Shown here piece by piece: positions 37,725-50,053 of a stretch of 64,000 nucleotides of DNA (position 1 is the first letter of the stretch; each line of letters begins with the position of its first letter). The position numbers were made by a program, and so were the translations under genes. The notes beneath the pieces were generated by a model, which worked only from the letters and a program-made list of their open reading frames with translations, searched no databases and had not been told where the DNA came from. This stretch comes from Callorhinchus milii (Eukaryota), in NCBI RefSeq assembly GCF_018977255.1, contig NW_024704742.1, forward strand, positions 52,082,001 through 52,146,000. The letters are read 5' to 3'.

Positions 37725-38041
37725 GTGGAGTCCTGTAACTCAGAGGTTAGAGCACTAGCCTTGCAAGTGAGAGACCTGGGTTCGATTCCCAGCAGGGTGA
37801 AAACTTTGGGCAAGTTTCCTTACTCCACACACCTAATAATAATCCCTCAAGAAGAAAAAAGCGATAACATTTGGTCATTCAGTCCACGACTGTTTGTGGG
37901 ACACTGCTGTGCGCAATTGGCTGCCGCGTTTCGCCCACAAATATGCAGTCAATTCACTTTACAGTATATTCTGTGAAGCGCTTTGAGACGTCTAGAAGAC
38001 ATGAAAAGTGCTATATCAAATGCAAGGGTTATTATTATTAT
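37725..38041 (+). mobile_element. Short tRNA(Ala)-like SINE, full length
   Basis: ggttagagcactagccttgcaagtgagagacctgggttcgattccc head; Deu core; (TTA)n tail. Confidence 0.92.
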
Positions 38042-38739
38042 TTTTGGCCCTTAGAATGTCAGGAAGTGTCATGCATACAGGAACATGAGTATTTGCTCAT
38101 GTCTACCCACACTCTTCGTTGAGGTTTTTCATGACAGCATCCAGATGCCATTCATTTTCTTTGGGATTTCAATCACAGGTTAGATCCCTTCTTAGTATTG
38201 GGTTAGTTGCAGTGGGGAAGCTATAATTTATCTTAAATGCCCCAGGCTAGAGAAGGATTTAAAAGTGAGAACAAGTATTTTGCATTTGATCTGCTGGGAA
38301 ACCGGAAGCCAATGCAACTGAGCAAGGATAACAACAACAACTTGCATTTATATAGCACCCTTCTTGCTGGATGGCGTCTCATGGATTGGGGCTGATAGGC
38401 TCCCAGAGCCCAGTATGGCAGAGTTTGCAGATTGATCAAACGCGCAATGTATATGGAAACATTTCTGGCATTTCTTGGCTAAAATCTTTAGAGCACTTGC
38501 GATCACTCTGTTGTGAAGATGTAGGAAAGTGAATTATTTCACTGAGTAAAGCTTGTTCCTTTGAATGTGGATTAATACCCCTCCTCAGTCAAGATTTTTG
38601 CAAATAAATCTTACTATTACAGTGGTTAACTATAAAACAGAGAATGACTGGGAGAAGCTCACTGAAGATGTATTGTGCCAGGCATTGGTAGGCTGAGATA
38701 ACCAAATCTGATTTTTATGTTCTTATAGCAAATAATATC

Positions 38740-38860
38740 TCGGGATAGAATATAGTTTGGGACATGATGTTATGTGACCACGTGAATGGTGGAAGGTGAA
38801 CTGGATGGAACTTGGTCTTCTTTCACCTAGCAAATTCTTATGTTCTTACGCTCTTACGTT
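38740..38860 (+). mobile_element. CR1-type 3' tail
   Basis: ttcttatgttcttacgctcttacgtt octamer-like terminal repeats. Confidence 0.55.
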
Positions 38861-39204
38861 GGATAACCAATGTTTAGTTTTCTTCCCTAGTCCAAGACAA
38901 GCTTGCCTTGGTTTCTCTGCAAGCTGGAACCTCGGTTTTGAAACTGTTGCTTGTTGAACGTACAGCATAAGTAGGATATAATTTTCAAAAAAACAGTTCC
39001 AATTCAGCATATTTTTACTGTTTGGTTTGCCCAGCTATTCTTCAGTACTGCTGAAATCCATTCTGGGGCCATCTGCCACATGCAATATGTGGTTTTATTT
39101 TTCAAATCATTTTTCATGACTGAATACAGTATTTTCAAGTGTCATCATCTTAGATTTCATGTTAGATGTCCAAAATTTGGAACCAGACAGTGAAAAAATC
39201 CAGA

Positions 39205-39453
39205 ACAAAACACAAAATACTGCAGATGCTGGAAATCTGAAACAAAAACAGAGAGAGCTGGGAAAACTCAGCAGGTCAGGCAGCATCTATGGAGAAAGGA
39301 AAGTGAGTCAACATTTCGGGTCCACCACCCTTCATCAGAACTGGGAACTGGGTTCTAACGAAGGGTCGTGGACCCAAAACTTTGACTCACTTTCCTTTCT
39401 CCATAGATGCTGCCTGACCTGCTGAGTTTTCCCAGCTCTCTCTGTTTTTGTTT
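39205..39453. mobile_element. Penelope-type foldback element with hammerhead-like cores
   Basis: Perfect 72 bp inverted arms (39240-39311 and 39382-39453) extend imperfectly to about 100 bp. Flanking direct repeat gtgaaaaaatc(c/t)aga at 39190-39204 and 39454-39468. Confidence 0.85.
39306..39342 (-). ncRNA. Minimal type I hammerhead ribozyme-like motif
   Basis: The minus strand reads AGUU CUGAUGA A GGGU-GGUGG-ACCC GAAA UGUU GACU: both core boxes, stem II and a short stem I. Confidence 0.6.
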
Positions 39454-40344
39454 GTGAAAAAATCTAGATTTGTTTTTACATCCATTTTTACCTTTGGCAT
39501 GTAACAGGGGAGACATTAGTACCAGAGACCATTGCAGACTTAATTCTTAGTGTGTCAGTTTGGTGGTTCATTCTTGAGTGGTGGCTCACAACTCAGGTAG
39601 CCAGTCCATCTGTACCCAATCCAAAGAACGTCACCAATTATAATATGTAGTGCTTTGTGAATGTCCAGATCAGGTACTGTCTTTGTACAGGAGTCCTACT
39701 TTGTACTTTGTACAGGAGTAACCAAATGACTTGCTATAAGGGAATATGAGAGTTGGGATTCCTGTGCATTACTCTAAAAGATTTAAAAGGGTTTGAAGTT
39801 AAAAGAGTGCCTTTTTTATGTGGGAATGTTAACGCCAATCATTTCCAGTGAGTGAATGATAATCTCTGGAAAGGTTATAATTGAAGATCAGAAGAACAGC
39901 CAATGGGAATGAGCAGAATCTACAGAACCACCCAAAGCATAGCTGCTGACCGCTACAACATTTATTAACCTCAGCAAAGTGTCAGAGAATATTAACGCTA
40001 ATTTGCAATGGAAATAAAACAAGATTTCTAAAAAGAAATAAAACAAAGAGAAAAGGAATTCAGCAGGAGCAGAAGAGAGGCCAATGGCTTAAAGGATCCA
40101 CTGCAACAAGGCAACAACTCCAACTGTTCTGGAGGAGGGTATTGTGGAACTTCAAATCCATTATTTGGGATGGTTCGGCTGCTAACCAAATAAGCCAGTG
40201 TGGTCAACCTTGCCAAAAGGTAAGCACTACCAAAGCAATAGATTACACCTGGGCAAACAGATCCACTAACCCAGAAGGCACAACAATTTGAAAAGAAAGG
40301 CAAAAGTATGATAGTGCTTTTCTTAATAGCTCCATCAACTGGTA

Positions 40345-40565
40345 TGTTTTGGGACATCCTCTCGACGTGAAAGGTGCTATACAAATGTAATCTTGTGGTT
40401 GTTGTTGCTGTTTTTAGTAACCTCGGAAAAACGATAGGTCCTTGACTTGAGCAGCCATTCCGCCAAACAACAACAACAAGAGTACATTTGTACAGTGCCT
40501 TTCACGTCTGGAGGATGTCCCAAGGCGCTGGACAGTGTACAGCATTTCAGACCCAAGGTTGGATG
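40345..40565. mobile_element. Two L2 3' termini, tail to tail
   Basis: A plus copy ends in ttgttg near 40410 and a minus copy begins with (CAA)n near 40465. Confidence 0.8.
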
Positions 40566-43230
40566 CACATCTTGCTGAACACATGTCAGGAAAGCATTAC
40601 TCTATGAGATGATGCCTTGGTGTATTCTGCTTTGTGCATATGTCATCACCTTCCAAATATTACTGTGAGACATCCTGAAAACCAAATGCAAGGAGCCAGT
40701 TAAACTCTAAAGCTATGTAAATTATCTCTAAATCCTTTCATGCCCAAGCACCACCCTAACTCTGATAATCTCCTACTCCACTCTTCTACTCTCCCCTTTC
40801 ACTTGGCTACTTCAGGTGAAATCAAGGAGGCGAACTTGGATTGAATTCTAGCAATGCCTTTTTTTTAAATTACGTGATTTACTATGCATTTTTAACAAAA
40901 TACATGTTCGATTTTTTTCCCCAACAAGTTCCGTTACTTTGAAATAATTCCATTAATAGGGAAGTGCATGGAATTTCCAGTCAGGAGTCTTTGTGAAAAG
41001 CTAACTTTATTGCACGTACGTTTCACCCTTACACAGCAGTAACTCTTGTCAGCAGTTGTTACTTGGTGTGTATTGAGGTTTGAGGCACAGCTGTAGTGTG
41101 GAAGGAACCTATAGACTAACAGAGACATTTGAAAAGGAGGATATTTAACTACATATGACAGACAATACAGAACAAAAACATTCAGAAAACTACTACATTG
41201 TATCCACTTAATTCTCTTCTTGCTAACCACATAACATGTGATTTTTCCCAAGCTTGACCTGTCCTCAGACACATTCAATTATACTGTGCTTGAGGCCATT
41301 TGGATCTGTGTAATACGAGACATAGAAATCCTCAGAGGACAGGCAATTGCTATGAGATGCATTTGATTTAGTGACCTCTAACAATGTACTAATAATTCCC
41401 AGGAGAAATTGGCCAGGCTTCCTAAGTCATGACGAATGATGCTGTCATATACTGTCTTTTCCTGCTGGTTAATAGTGCCTTGCAAAGGAGTTTGCATGAA
41501 GATGAATAGTATGTTAGCAATGGATCTGAAATACTGGCACATTATCAAATGAAACAAAACTCATTTAACAATTCGTACCAGTGATTTTCCAAAAAAGTTA
41601 TAGGGACAGTGTAATTACAGTAAAATAAATCTGTCAACAGAGAATAGACAGCTGGTTTCATCCCAGATTTGCCTTTCAGGAGAGTTTAACTCTGCAAAGT
41701 CTGGAAAAAGCAGTTTTGCACAGAGTTTTAATATAAAAGTTTAAACAAACACTGGTTAAACATAGCGTAATATGGAACATTAAATATATTTGTCCTAAAT
41801 GTTTTGAATTCAAAGACTGAGGCCTGCATTTTATCATTACACTGAACAAAACCTTTCACATTCGGAGCAATGAAAATAAGTCTCAGTGTTTTAGGGAGAG
41901 CTCTGTCCTCTGCCTTTTTATTCTTTGCCTTCTATGCTCTTTTATTTCTTTTCCCCCCATATTTTAAACATTGAAATGACTCCATTACAAAAAATGATTG
42001 TTCTGTAAGTGAAAGGCATTCAAAAGGCAACGGGTTAACGTGCTTGCCTTATTGCCTCATTTTTCACCAACACTGACAGGACAGCTGCTTATTGCTACAG
42101 GACACACCAGGAGATACTAAACTGCCAGCAATAGACTATGAAAACAGAAAGTAAATAGACAATAACAGATTAATAAGGCTTGTCTGAGAAATACAAATGC
42201 AATGTTTGCACCTGGACTGCATGTAGTTAAGTTTATCATCTCCGGGCAATGGGTTTGTTTCTGATATACACATATATGTCTTCATCGGCAAGAGATGAAC
42301 AGAAATAGGCCAATTTGCTTTTAACCATAGCTTAATTAGCCTGAGGCAAAGTTTCAGACAGCTCATGAGACAAATCAGCAATTAAAATAGAAAATCTTCT
42401 GTTCTAGTTCAATGTGGTGAGTCCAAGGTTATTGGTTTTGAGGCTTGCTAAAGTTAGCAATTAAATGATTTCCCAACAGGGATAACGGTTTAACTCGACT
42501 AGATTATTATTAATGCTTCCCTTGTCCCTTTAACTTCTCTTCAGGTCTTCCTAATTCTCCGCAATCTAGTGAAGGGGCCATTAAGCGTACTGGTGTTGGA
42601 GTGATCCAGGGTTAAAAGCAGAAGATGCACTTTTGTGTGTGAAGGTGGACTCATTGAGCATTCACCACATATCGCTGCTTTTCTCTTCCACTTGTCTTTG
42701 CACAGATGGACAGAGCGTGAGCTTCCTATGAGTTTGAGTCCTACACCTTGGAATGGTCTGCGCCACCTCTCCAGGACTCAAAACTATATGTAGCTTTGAA
42801 CAAAATGTGCTCAGAACAATGGAACAACATACATAGATTTGAACATCATTGATGTACAAAATACCTACTGAATTGTTAATAAGTCATCAAGCTGGTGATG
42901 GGGTTTCTGTGGCAGGGTTAATTTTAGTAACAACTTCATTTGCATTTATTTACTTTTCATGTGGGGTAGCATCTTGGAGCTGAACAATGGCATAGTTTGA
43001 CGGCAAGCTGCGGAGAATGGTGTGGCGACCGTAGGCACGGTCTAAGAGAAAGGTCTTCAGGTGCAATCTGAGGCAAGGCAGAGGATCCAAGGCAGAGGGA
43101 TTGAGGCACGGAGTTCTAGATGGATCATGTTAACCAATGGTAATCAACGCAGTTTACCAGCAGTAAAGACTTGTCCAGCTAGGACCTTCATGTCCATTAG
43201 GGCTTTGGTTTGCAGGTTTGAGGAGGTATC

Positions 43231-43546
43231 TAATAATAATAATAATCCTTGCATTTGATATCGCGCTTTTCACGTCGGGAGGACGTCCCAAAGCGCTTCA
43301 CAGAACACACTGTAAAGTGAATTGACTGTATATTTGTGGGCGAATGCGGCAGCCAATTGCGCACAGCAACGTCCCACAAACAGTCGTAGATTGAAAATGA
43401 CCAATTTATTATTGTTTTTGGTTGGAGGGATTATTATTAGGCGTGTGTAGTAAGGAAACTTTCCCAAGGTTTCGCCCTGCCTGGAATTGAACTCAGGTCT
43501 CTCGCTTGCAAAGTGAGTGCTCTAACCACTGAGCTACAGGACTCCA
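43231..43546 (-). mobile_element. Short tRNA(Ala)-like SINE, full length
   Basis: Reverse complement of 37725-38041 with many CpGs retained. Confidence 0.92.
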
Positions 43547-43969
43547 CTACATTTATGTGCCAGATAAGTCAACCAGCACCAGTGTTGGGGATCACTGCAA
43601 ACATTCCAAGTTTCAAAGGGTGTGTGTCCTCAGATCAGTTCAATACTAGAGAGATTTTCTTAACAAGGATAATGGGGTAAATTTTTCAATGTTTCTCAGT
43701 CTTTTCCTTGTGTTAAGGAATGCGCATTAAGGAACACCAAAAATTTGTTCAGTAACTATCCACTGCGGTTAACACTCACTCTCTGTAATCAGTGTAGATC
43801 TCAGCCTCTGCTCCTCCTGCTTGACTATTGATTACAATCTGCAGGATATTGACTTTATTTAAGTTGGATTCCTAAAGTAGGCCATTGAAATGTTGATTGT
43901 AACTCAAAAAAAGAACTTTTAGTATTGGAATTCATGTGAACTCTATGTTGAGCTGAGCCTGTAAAGAGT

Positions 43970-43987
43970 GGGGGGGGGGGGGGGGGG
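43970..43987 (+). repeat. G18 homopolymer
   Basis: Direct count. Confidence 0.9.
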
Positions 43988-44139
43988 TTGTGTGGGGATT
44001 TCCTCTGCTCTTGCCCCTACCTTTTCTCCCTTAATAATTGTTGTCACTGCCTTCTGCTTCCATGTAAACGTAATGTGTCCACGTTGCTATTTCAATTCAA
44101 AATCACATCTCAAATATTGGCTGCTCATTTAATTGTTCT

Positions 44140-44414
44140 TTGGATGAGATGTTAAACCGAGTCGCTTCTGCCTGTTCAGATGGTTGTTCAAGATCCTACC
44201 GCACTTTGAGAAGAGAAGGAACTTTCTCCCGGTGTTCTGGCCAACAAATCCCCCTAGTAAATAAAACATGGTTGTTTGTGGGACATTGCTCTGCAAATTG
44301 GCCGACTGCCTCGTTAATCCCCAAAATACAGAGTCAATCCACTTTACAGTATATCCTGTGAAGTGCTTTGAATCATGATAAGGCACTATATTATATTCAG
44401 GGATTATTATTATT
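44140..44414 (+). mobile_element. Long Deu-domain SINE, 5'-truncated
   Basis: ggatgagatgttaaaccgag through to a (TTA)n tail. Confidence 0.8.
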
Positions 44415-45369
44415 GTTGCTGTGGGACATATCATAACTCAATTCATTATAGTCTGAATTTGCTTGTAATGCGATTGCACTGTTTGCCACATTCAATGCTG
44501 GCCACTTGATTCCTGTGCCAGATGGCTTTTTGCACAAAAATAGAAAACTTGCAGGTCATCTTTTATGTCCCTTCCTGTTTTCCTGTGCAAAATAATGGCT
44601 CATGTCTAGTTCATCAGATCGCTGCCAACCTTTGCACATATGCATGCACAGCATTTTATTGTTTTCACATGGGAACTTGCCAATTACATGTATGCACAGT
44701 CAGACTTATGAATCCCAAACATCACATTATAACAAGGCTCCTCTATTATCAGCTTGACCAACTGCAGCTGAAGCCTGGAACATAATTGTCATCTAAACCT
44801 TGTTCTTCCTACATGCAGTTATCATGATCTTCTGAGGAAGGACAGACTGGCCAGTCAAGGAGAGTTATGTATTCTGTCCTGAAAAGTTGTGACTTGTGCT
44901 CTTTAATAACTATCAGCTAAACGCAGCCCAAGGGTCTCCAAAGATGAAAGGTCACACTGCTGTTTCCTTGCCCTGACTGTCATCAGATCCTTTGGCACTG
45001 CAGTGAGTGACTAAATGGAGCAATAAAAATAAAAGATTGAATTGACATTGAAGTGACTTTATCTTTAAACGATTTGGGTTTTAGGATTCTTAAGTTGTAA
45101 CGTTATTTGGAGACACACTGAGTATCAGGGTCCAGTTTAATTCACAAATAACTTCTGTTAACAGAACATTTTGTGGAATTTTCATATAATGTGTGCCAAC
45201 ACTATGTTTTTCCATGTGGCACACAATTGCTTAATGCATGGAACATTTTGTGGATAAAAGCATTACAAATATGTAGAATCAATTATTTTTTCTTCAAAAA
45301 TTGCAGTTGTTTATTTTTATTTAGAAAGTGTGTTTTCTAGGCAGTTTTTAAACCGAAACATGGACAGTG

Positions 45370-45548
45370 GACAGAGAGAGGGAGGAGGGAGAGAAAGAGA
45401 GGGAAATGTCTCCTGTTCTCTCTCTCTCGCTCTCTCTATCCTCTTCTTCCTGTTTCCCCTCTCCCGTCTCCCCCTCTCTCTGTTTCTTCCTGTTTCCCCT
45501 CTCCCTGACTGCCCCTCTTCGTCTCTCCCCCTCCCCCTCTCTTTGTCC
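45370..45548. repeat. GA-rich then CT-rich low-complexity tract
   Basis: A purine run is followed by a long pyrimidine run with repeated tcttcctgtttcccctctccc. Confidence 0.85.
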
Positions 45549-45549
45549 T

Positions 45550-46024
45550 TTAGATGAGATATTAAACTGAGGTTCGGTCGGCCTATTCAGGTGGACGTTA
45601 AAGATTCTTTGGCACTATTCAAAAAGACAAAGGAGTTTCTCCTAATGCCCTGACCAACAATCAGACAGATAAAATTGGTCACTCACTTCATGGCTGTTTG
45701 TCGGATAAATTTGGTATGTACAAATTTGATGTTGCAGTTCTCTACGAAATACAGTGACTGCACTTTACATTAAATTCTATGAAGCACTTTGAGACATCCA
45801 CTTGGAATGAATTAATATTTAATTATTTATATTAAATGCGAATATAATTATTTAATGTTTTATCACTAGAACAGGCAGACAGGATCTCAAGTTAGAGTCT
45901 CAACTGATGGTTGTACGTCCAACAATGCAGCACTGAATACTGCACTGGAATGCTATCTGAGGCTGTGAGCTCATGTGCTTGTATACATTTTGAACCCAAA
46001 ATGCTATGACTTAGATGTGTGAGT
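45550..46024. mobile_element. Two long-SINE fragments in opposite orientation
   Basis: Plus fragment at 45550-45800 and minus fragment at about 45870-46024. Confidence 0.65.
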
Positions 46025-46249
46025 GCAACCAACAGAGCCAAGCCTTGAGGTAGCATTTCAACAAGAAAATCTGACCACCGAAAAGATTACGTTGTGAAAG
46101 GGTGCTTTAACAAGGATTGGCAGCTGATAGATTTGGATACTAGTGAAGGTTATATTTTAACCAATTTCATATTTTTTTTAGTTTTATTTCAAATACTACG
46201 GAATTTTAATTCTTAATTTTAACTTGATGAGTGGATCCTATGAATAATC

Positions 46250-46313
46250 TTAGCTAACTTAATGTTGATCACCAATGAAAGTTAGCTAACTTAATGTTGG
46301 TCACTATTGAGAG
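46250..46313 (+). repeat. 32 bp tandem duplication
   Basis: ttagctaacttaatgttg at 46250 and 46282. Confidence 0.8.
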
Positions 46314-46869
46314 ACAGATGCATTCAGGCAAAGGCGCGTGGGTGAGTTAATGTACTTTTAAATGGAGAATTATTTCCGAATTGTTCCTTTCGTGATTCAG
46401 AGCTGTTCTGGCATGTTAGCCAGTGCTGCTCTGGTTTTAGTTCAGGATTGGCTTTCCTGTTGACTCACTTCTTCAAGACAGGTCTGAGACTACCCAGGGG
46501 ATGGGGGGGTAGTGGGCATGCTGGCTACATGTCCACAGCACTTACACCACAGCCAGACTGAAGGCAGCTTAAATGATCCAAGCTCTCAGGAAATGTTGTT
46601 ATGTTAGAAACTGGTGGAGGCGTAATTGTTACATTTCTTGGAAACAATAACATCAGAAATTCACTGTAATATATCAGATACTGTAGCTCTCTTCCAGTAA
46701 TAACATTATCACTATTAACTTATTGGCGGGAAGAAGTGGTATAATATTTTAACGATTGCCAACTTGGAATCCTAAATCCTGAAATTCCATTTAGTCTTTA
46801 ACTTCTAAGCCCATTTTGCCATTTTTCTGCAGTTCTAAAAAAGAAGTGGCATTTTATTGTAACCACATA

Positions 46870-47405
46870 GCAGCAGTGGCATAGCCAGTCTCCAGAGGTG
46901 ATGGCAGCTTAGCTCCTAATTAACATCCCTCTGTGGTGGTCTGAGTCATCTAGTTCCTGAGCCCCGAAACTCTGTAGGACTCCAGAACACTGCTGATGGC
47001 AGCCCAGCCAACTGGGCTTATTAGCAGGACTTGGAAGGGCAGACGAGTCACTGAGGGGAGGGACTCTTCCTACTGAACGCCCGTTCTCCATGCAAGCCAA
47101 AGTCTTAATAGATAGTGTGGTCGTGGCTGGACAAGCAGCAGGAAAGCTTAGCTGGTTAGACTCCAGCAGTACCACAATGCACACTATGGGATCCCCAAGC
47201 CTTGCCAGCCTGCGCCTAATACTTTCTGGAATTAGCGAAGTAGGATGCGTCCCTCTAGGGAGAGAGTTTGCAATCTATTCCGATTAATATCCCAGGAATT
47301 TCCATGTGTTGGTTGGGTGCATGGAATTCTCAGTTTGGTTTGAACACTCTTAAGCATGGTGATGGGTTTCTGCACATGTCAGACACTCGGCTGACCCCAC
47401 AAAAA
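46870..47405 (+). mobile_element. Family X copy
   Basis: gcaggacttggaagggcagac...ttagactccagcagtacc...tgtcagacactcggctgacc followed by an A-rich tail. Confidence 0.85.
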
Positions 47406-47519
47406 TTTAAAATCTTCCAAATTTAAGAATTTTCCACAAACCTACGTGATCTTAAATTTTAAGAGAATGGCCTTACAGGCTAAGACTAAGGGCAACTTTG
47501 AGACTGTGGTCCTTATGGA

Positions 47520-47848
47520 TGGTTCTGGCCAGATTCCACTGGCTCCCCATCACTGAACGGATCAACTTCAAGATCTTCACACTTGTGTTCAAATCCCTTC
47601 ACTTTCTGGCACCTCCCTACTTCTCCGACCTCCTCACTCCCCAATCCACCACCTGGTGCTTCCGCTCAACTGGCACTTGCTCGTCCCTCATACCCTCTGC
47701 CCCACCATCGGAGGTCGCACTTTCAGCCACTACACCCCAACCCTCTGGAACACTCTCCCTCAATCCCTCCCCCTTGCCCCTTCTCCCCTTTTTCAAGTCC
47801 CACCTGAAAAGTCAGGACGCGATATAAGTGTAAGTTGTTGTTGTTGTT
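47520..47848 (+). mobile_element. L2 3' fragment
   Basis: LARFHWLPITERINFKI..APPYFSDLL; (TTG)n tail. Confidence 0.88.
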
Positions 47849-48649
47849 TAGTCAAATGCTGCAAAACATTCTCAGGAAAGCTGTGAGGAAATAATCATTT
47901 TATTTTAACAATTTACCTGCAGTGACATAACCCCTCTCCAGTATAGGAGATGAGGGGACTGAGCTCCGTGCAGCTGAGTGAGAGTTTAATTGCTTGTTTT
48001 CTAGGCTATGGCACATGCAACCAGTGTCCCCACTGAGAGAAACTTGCACTACTTACACTCCAACTGAACACAACAACAGCAACAGCAAGATTACGTTTGT
48101 ATAGCGCCTTTCATGTTGGGAGGACGTCCCAAGGCAAGAACACACAATGGCCTTGCACCCTGATGACAAGTAACAGAGTCAAACCCAGAAGAACTTGCTT
48201 ACTTCTGGCTGGCTAGCGCCTGTTATTTTTATTACTAAATTTCAGAATTGGAAAATGTGATTGTCTGGCAGTGAAAACCCAAAGTAAACCTAGATCCTAA
48301 CTTAATTAGAAGACAAAGCAGAATATGTAACTAATGGAGAATTTAAGGAGCTCATGAAAATCATCTTAATAATTGTTGCTACAATACAAGGAAACATAAG
48401 CACTACAATTCCCCAAAGCAGTTTTTTTGTGCTTGTTTTTTCTACAATAAGTAAAGTTCTTTTGATTCTTGGAATGTAACAGGATAAACATGTATAGCTG
48501 CTGCCCTGACTGTAATTACCTAATGGGAACCAAGTGGAGTATTATCAAGGGACCCTGCTAGAACAGATAGCGCTGTGCTGGCTGCAGGAGGAGGGGGGGT
48601 CATTGAAAAAAATCTTAAATACTTTAAATACCTCAATCTTTAAGTTATT

Positions 48650-49028
48650 CCAGCCCTCCATCGTCTTGCTCCTCCCTACTTCTGCAACCTATTAAAACTT
48701 CACCAACCCGTCCGCTTCCTTCGCTCACCAGGCACTGGCTTGCTCCCCATCCCCCGCCCTGCCTGCTCCACTAATGGTGGTCAGGCCTTCAGCCTTTCTG
48801 AACCAATCGTCTGGAACGCCATCCCCACAGTCCCTCCGCCTCGCCTACTCCTGTGCCTCCTTCAAGCCCAGTCTCAAGACTTTCCTTTTCAATTGGGCCT
48901 TCCCTCCTCCACCCTCCCTGCTCTCCACCCTTCTCTGGTTCCAAACCACAGCTCGGGCAAAGCCCTCACTGTCCAGCATCTTGTGATATTCTCCCCATGT
49001 GAAAGGTGCAAATGCAATAAATGCAATT
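48650..49028 (+). mobile_element. L2 3' fragment
   Basis: GGQAFS..WNAIP and SFKPSLKTFLF motifs. Confidence 0.8.
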
Positions 49029-49079
49029 GACCAAAGACACGGTTGAAAAGGAAGGTCTTGAGATAGGCCTTGAACAAGA

Positions 49080-49314
49080 ACAATAACAAAAACTTACATT
49101 GATATAGTGCCCTTCACATATGGTAACGTTTCAAAGGGTTTAGACCTTGGCTTAAGTCTCACCTGAAGGACAGAACCTTCAACAATGCAGCACACTCAAG
49201 CATTGCAGTATAGTATCAGCCTAGACAAAATGAGTTCAATGTCCTGAAGTCAGACTTCAACCTACAACCTTCTGACTTAAAGGTCAGAATGCTACCAATT
49301 GAGCAAGGCTGACA
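49080..49314 (-). mobile_element. Long SINE 5' part with an L2-like tail
   Basis: caaccttctgactta...tgctaccaattgagcaaggctgaca. Confidence 0.7.
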
Positions 49315-49539
49315 CCGAATTGCAAATGAGCTTAATAATAACCATGATCCTGATGGTCGTTTTCCAGTTGGAAATTTGCTTTCTGACTTTTATAGGATAT
49401 GACTGTGGGAAGGAATATGCCTGGAGCTGAGAATAGTTCCACCTATGAGTTGTGATGATATGCCAGCAGGGATCACCTGCAAACTGACTGTACAGAAACC
49501 TTTGCTGTTTTGTTAAATATGATCTTTGGAGCAATTGCT

Positions 49540-49835
49540 CAGATGAACGTATAGGTTGGTTAGGCCATTTAAGAGTGAAATCAGGAAGCATTTTTTTCAC
49601 TCAATGGATGGTAGAAATCTGGAATCCTCTCCCCCAAAAGGCCATGGATGCTGGATCCATCCACACCTTCAAGAGTGAGGCTGATAGATTTTTGGTAGGT
49701 CAGGATATCAAGGGATATGGGGAGAAAGTGGGAAATTGGAATTGAAAGGATTAGTAGAGGTACAGATCAGCTATTATCTAGTCAAATGGTGAACAGGCTC
49801 AAAGTGCTGAATGGCCTCCTCCTGTTCCTATGTTT
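49540..49835 (+). mobile_element. CR1 3' fragment
   Basis: aggaagcattttttcact...ctggaatcctctcccc...gctgaatggcctcctcctgttcctatgt. Confidence 0.88.
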
Positions 49836-50053
49836 GGTTAATACTGGTTGGGACATTGGAAAAAATAGTAAAGCAAAGACCTCTTGCTGAATCATTATAT
49901 CTACAGCAGGGGGAAGTTTTCTACTATCCATAGCCGTCTTTAGTTATTGACTGATTCAATTGCAATTTTCACCGATTTGTATCACAACACATGTTGCATT
50001 TTTCACCTTAGTATTTCTCAAGTCAAAAATGCCTTCCATGACAGCTAGTTATA

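Noticed and set aside
37727..37800. tRNA-Ala gene
   Set aside because: It runs directly into a SINE body and the same head occurs on several dispersed copies.
42409..42417. 9 nt microexon (ttctag/ttcaatgtg/gtgagt)
   Set aside because: The pyrimidine tract is short and such a match is expected by chance in 64 kb.
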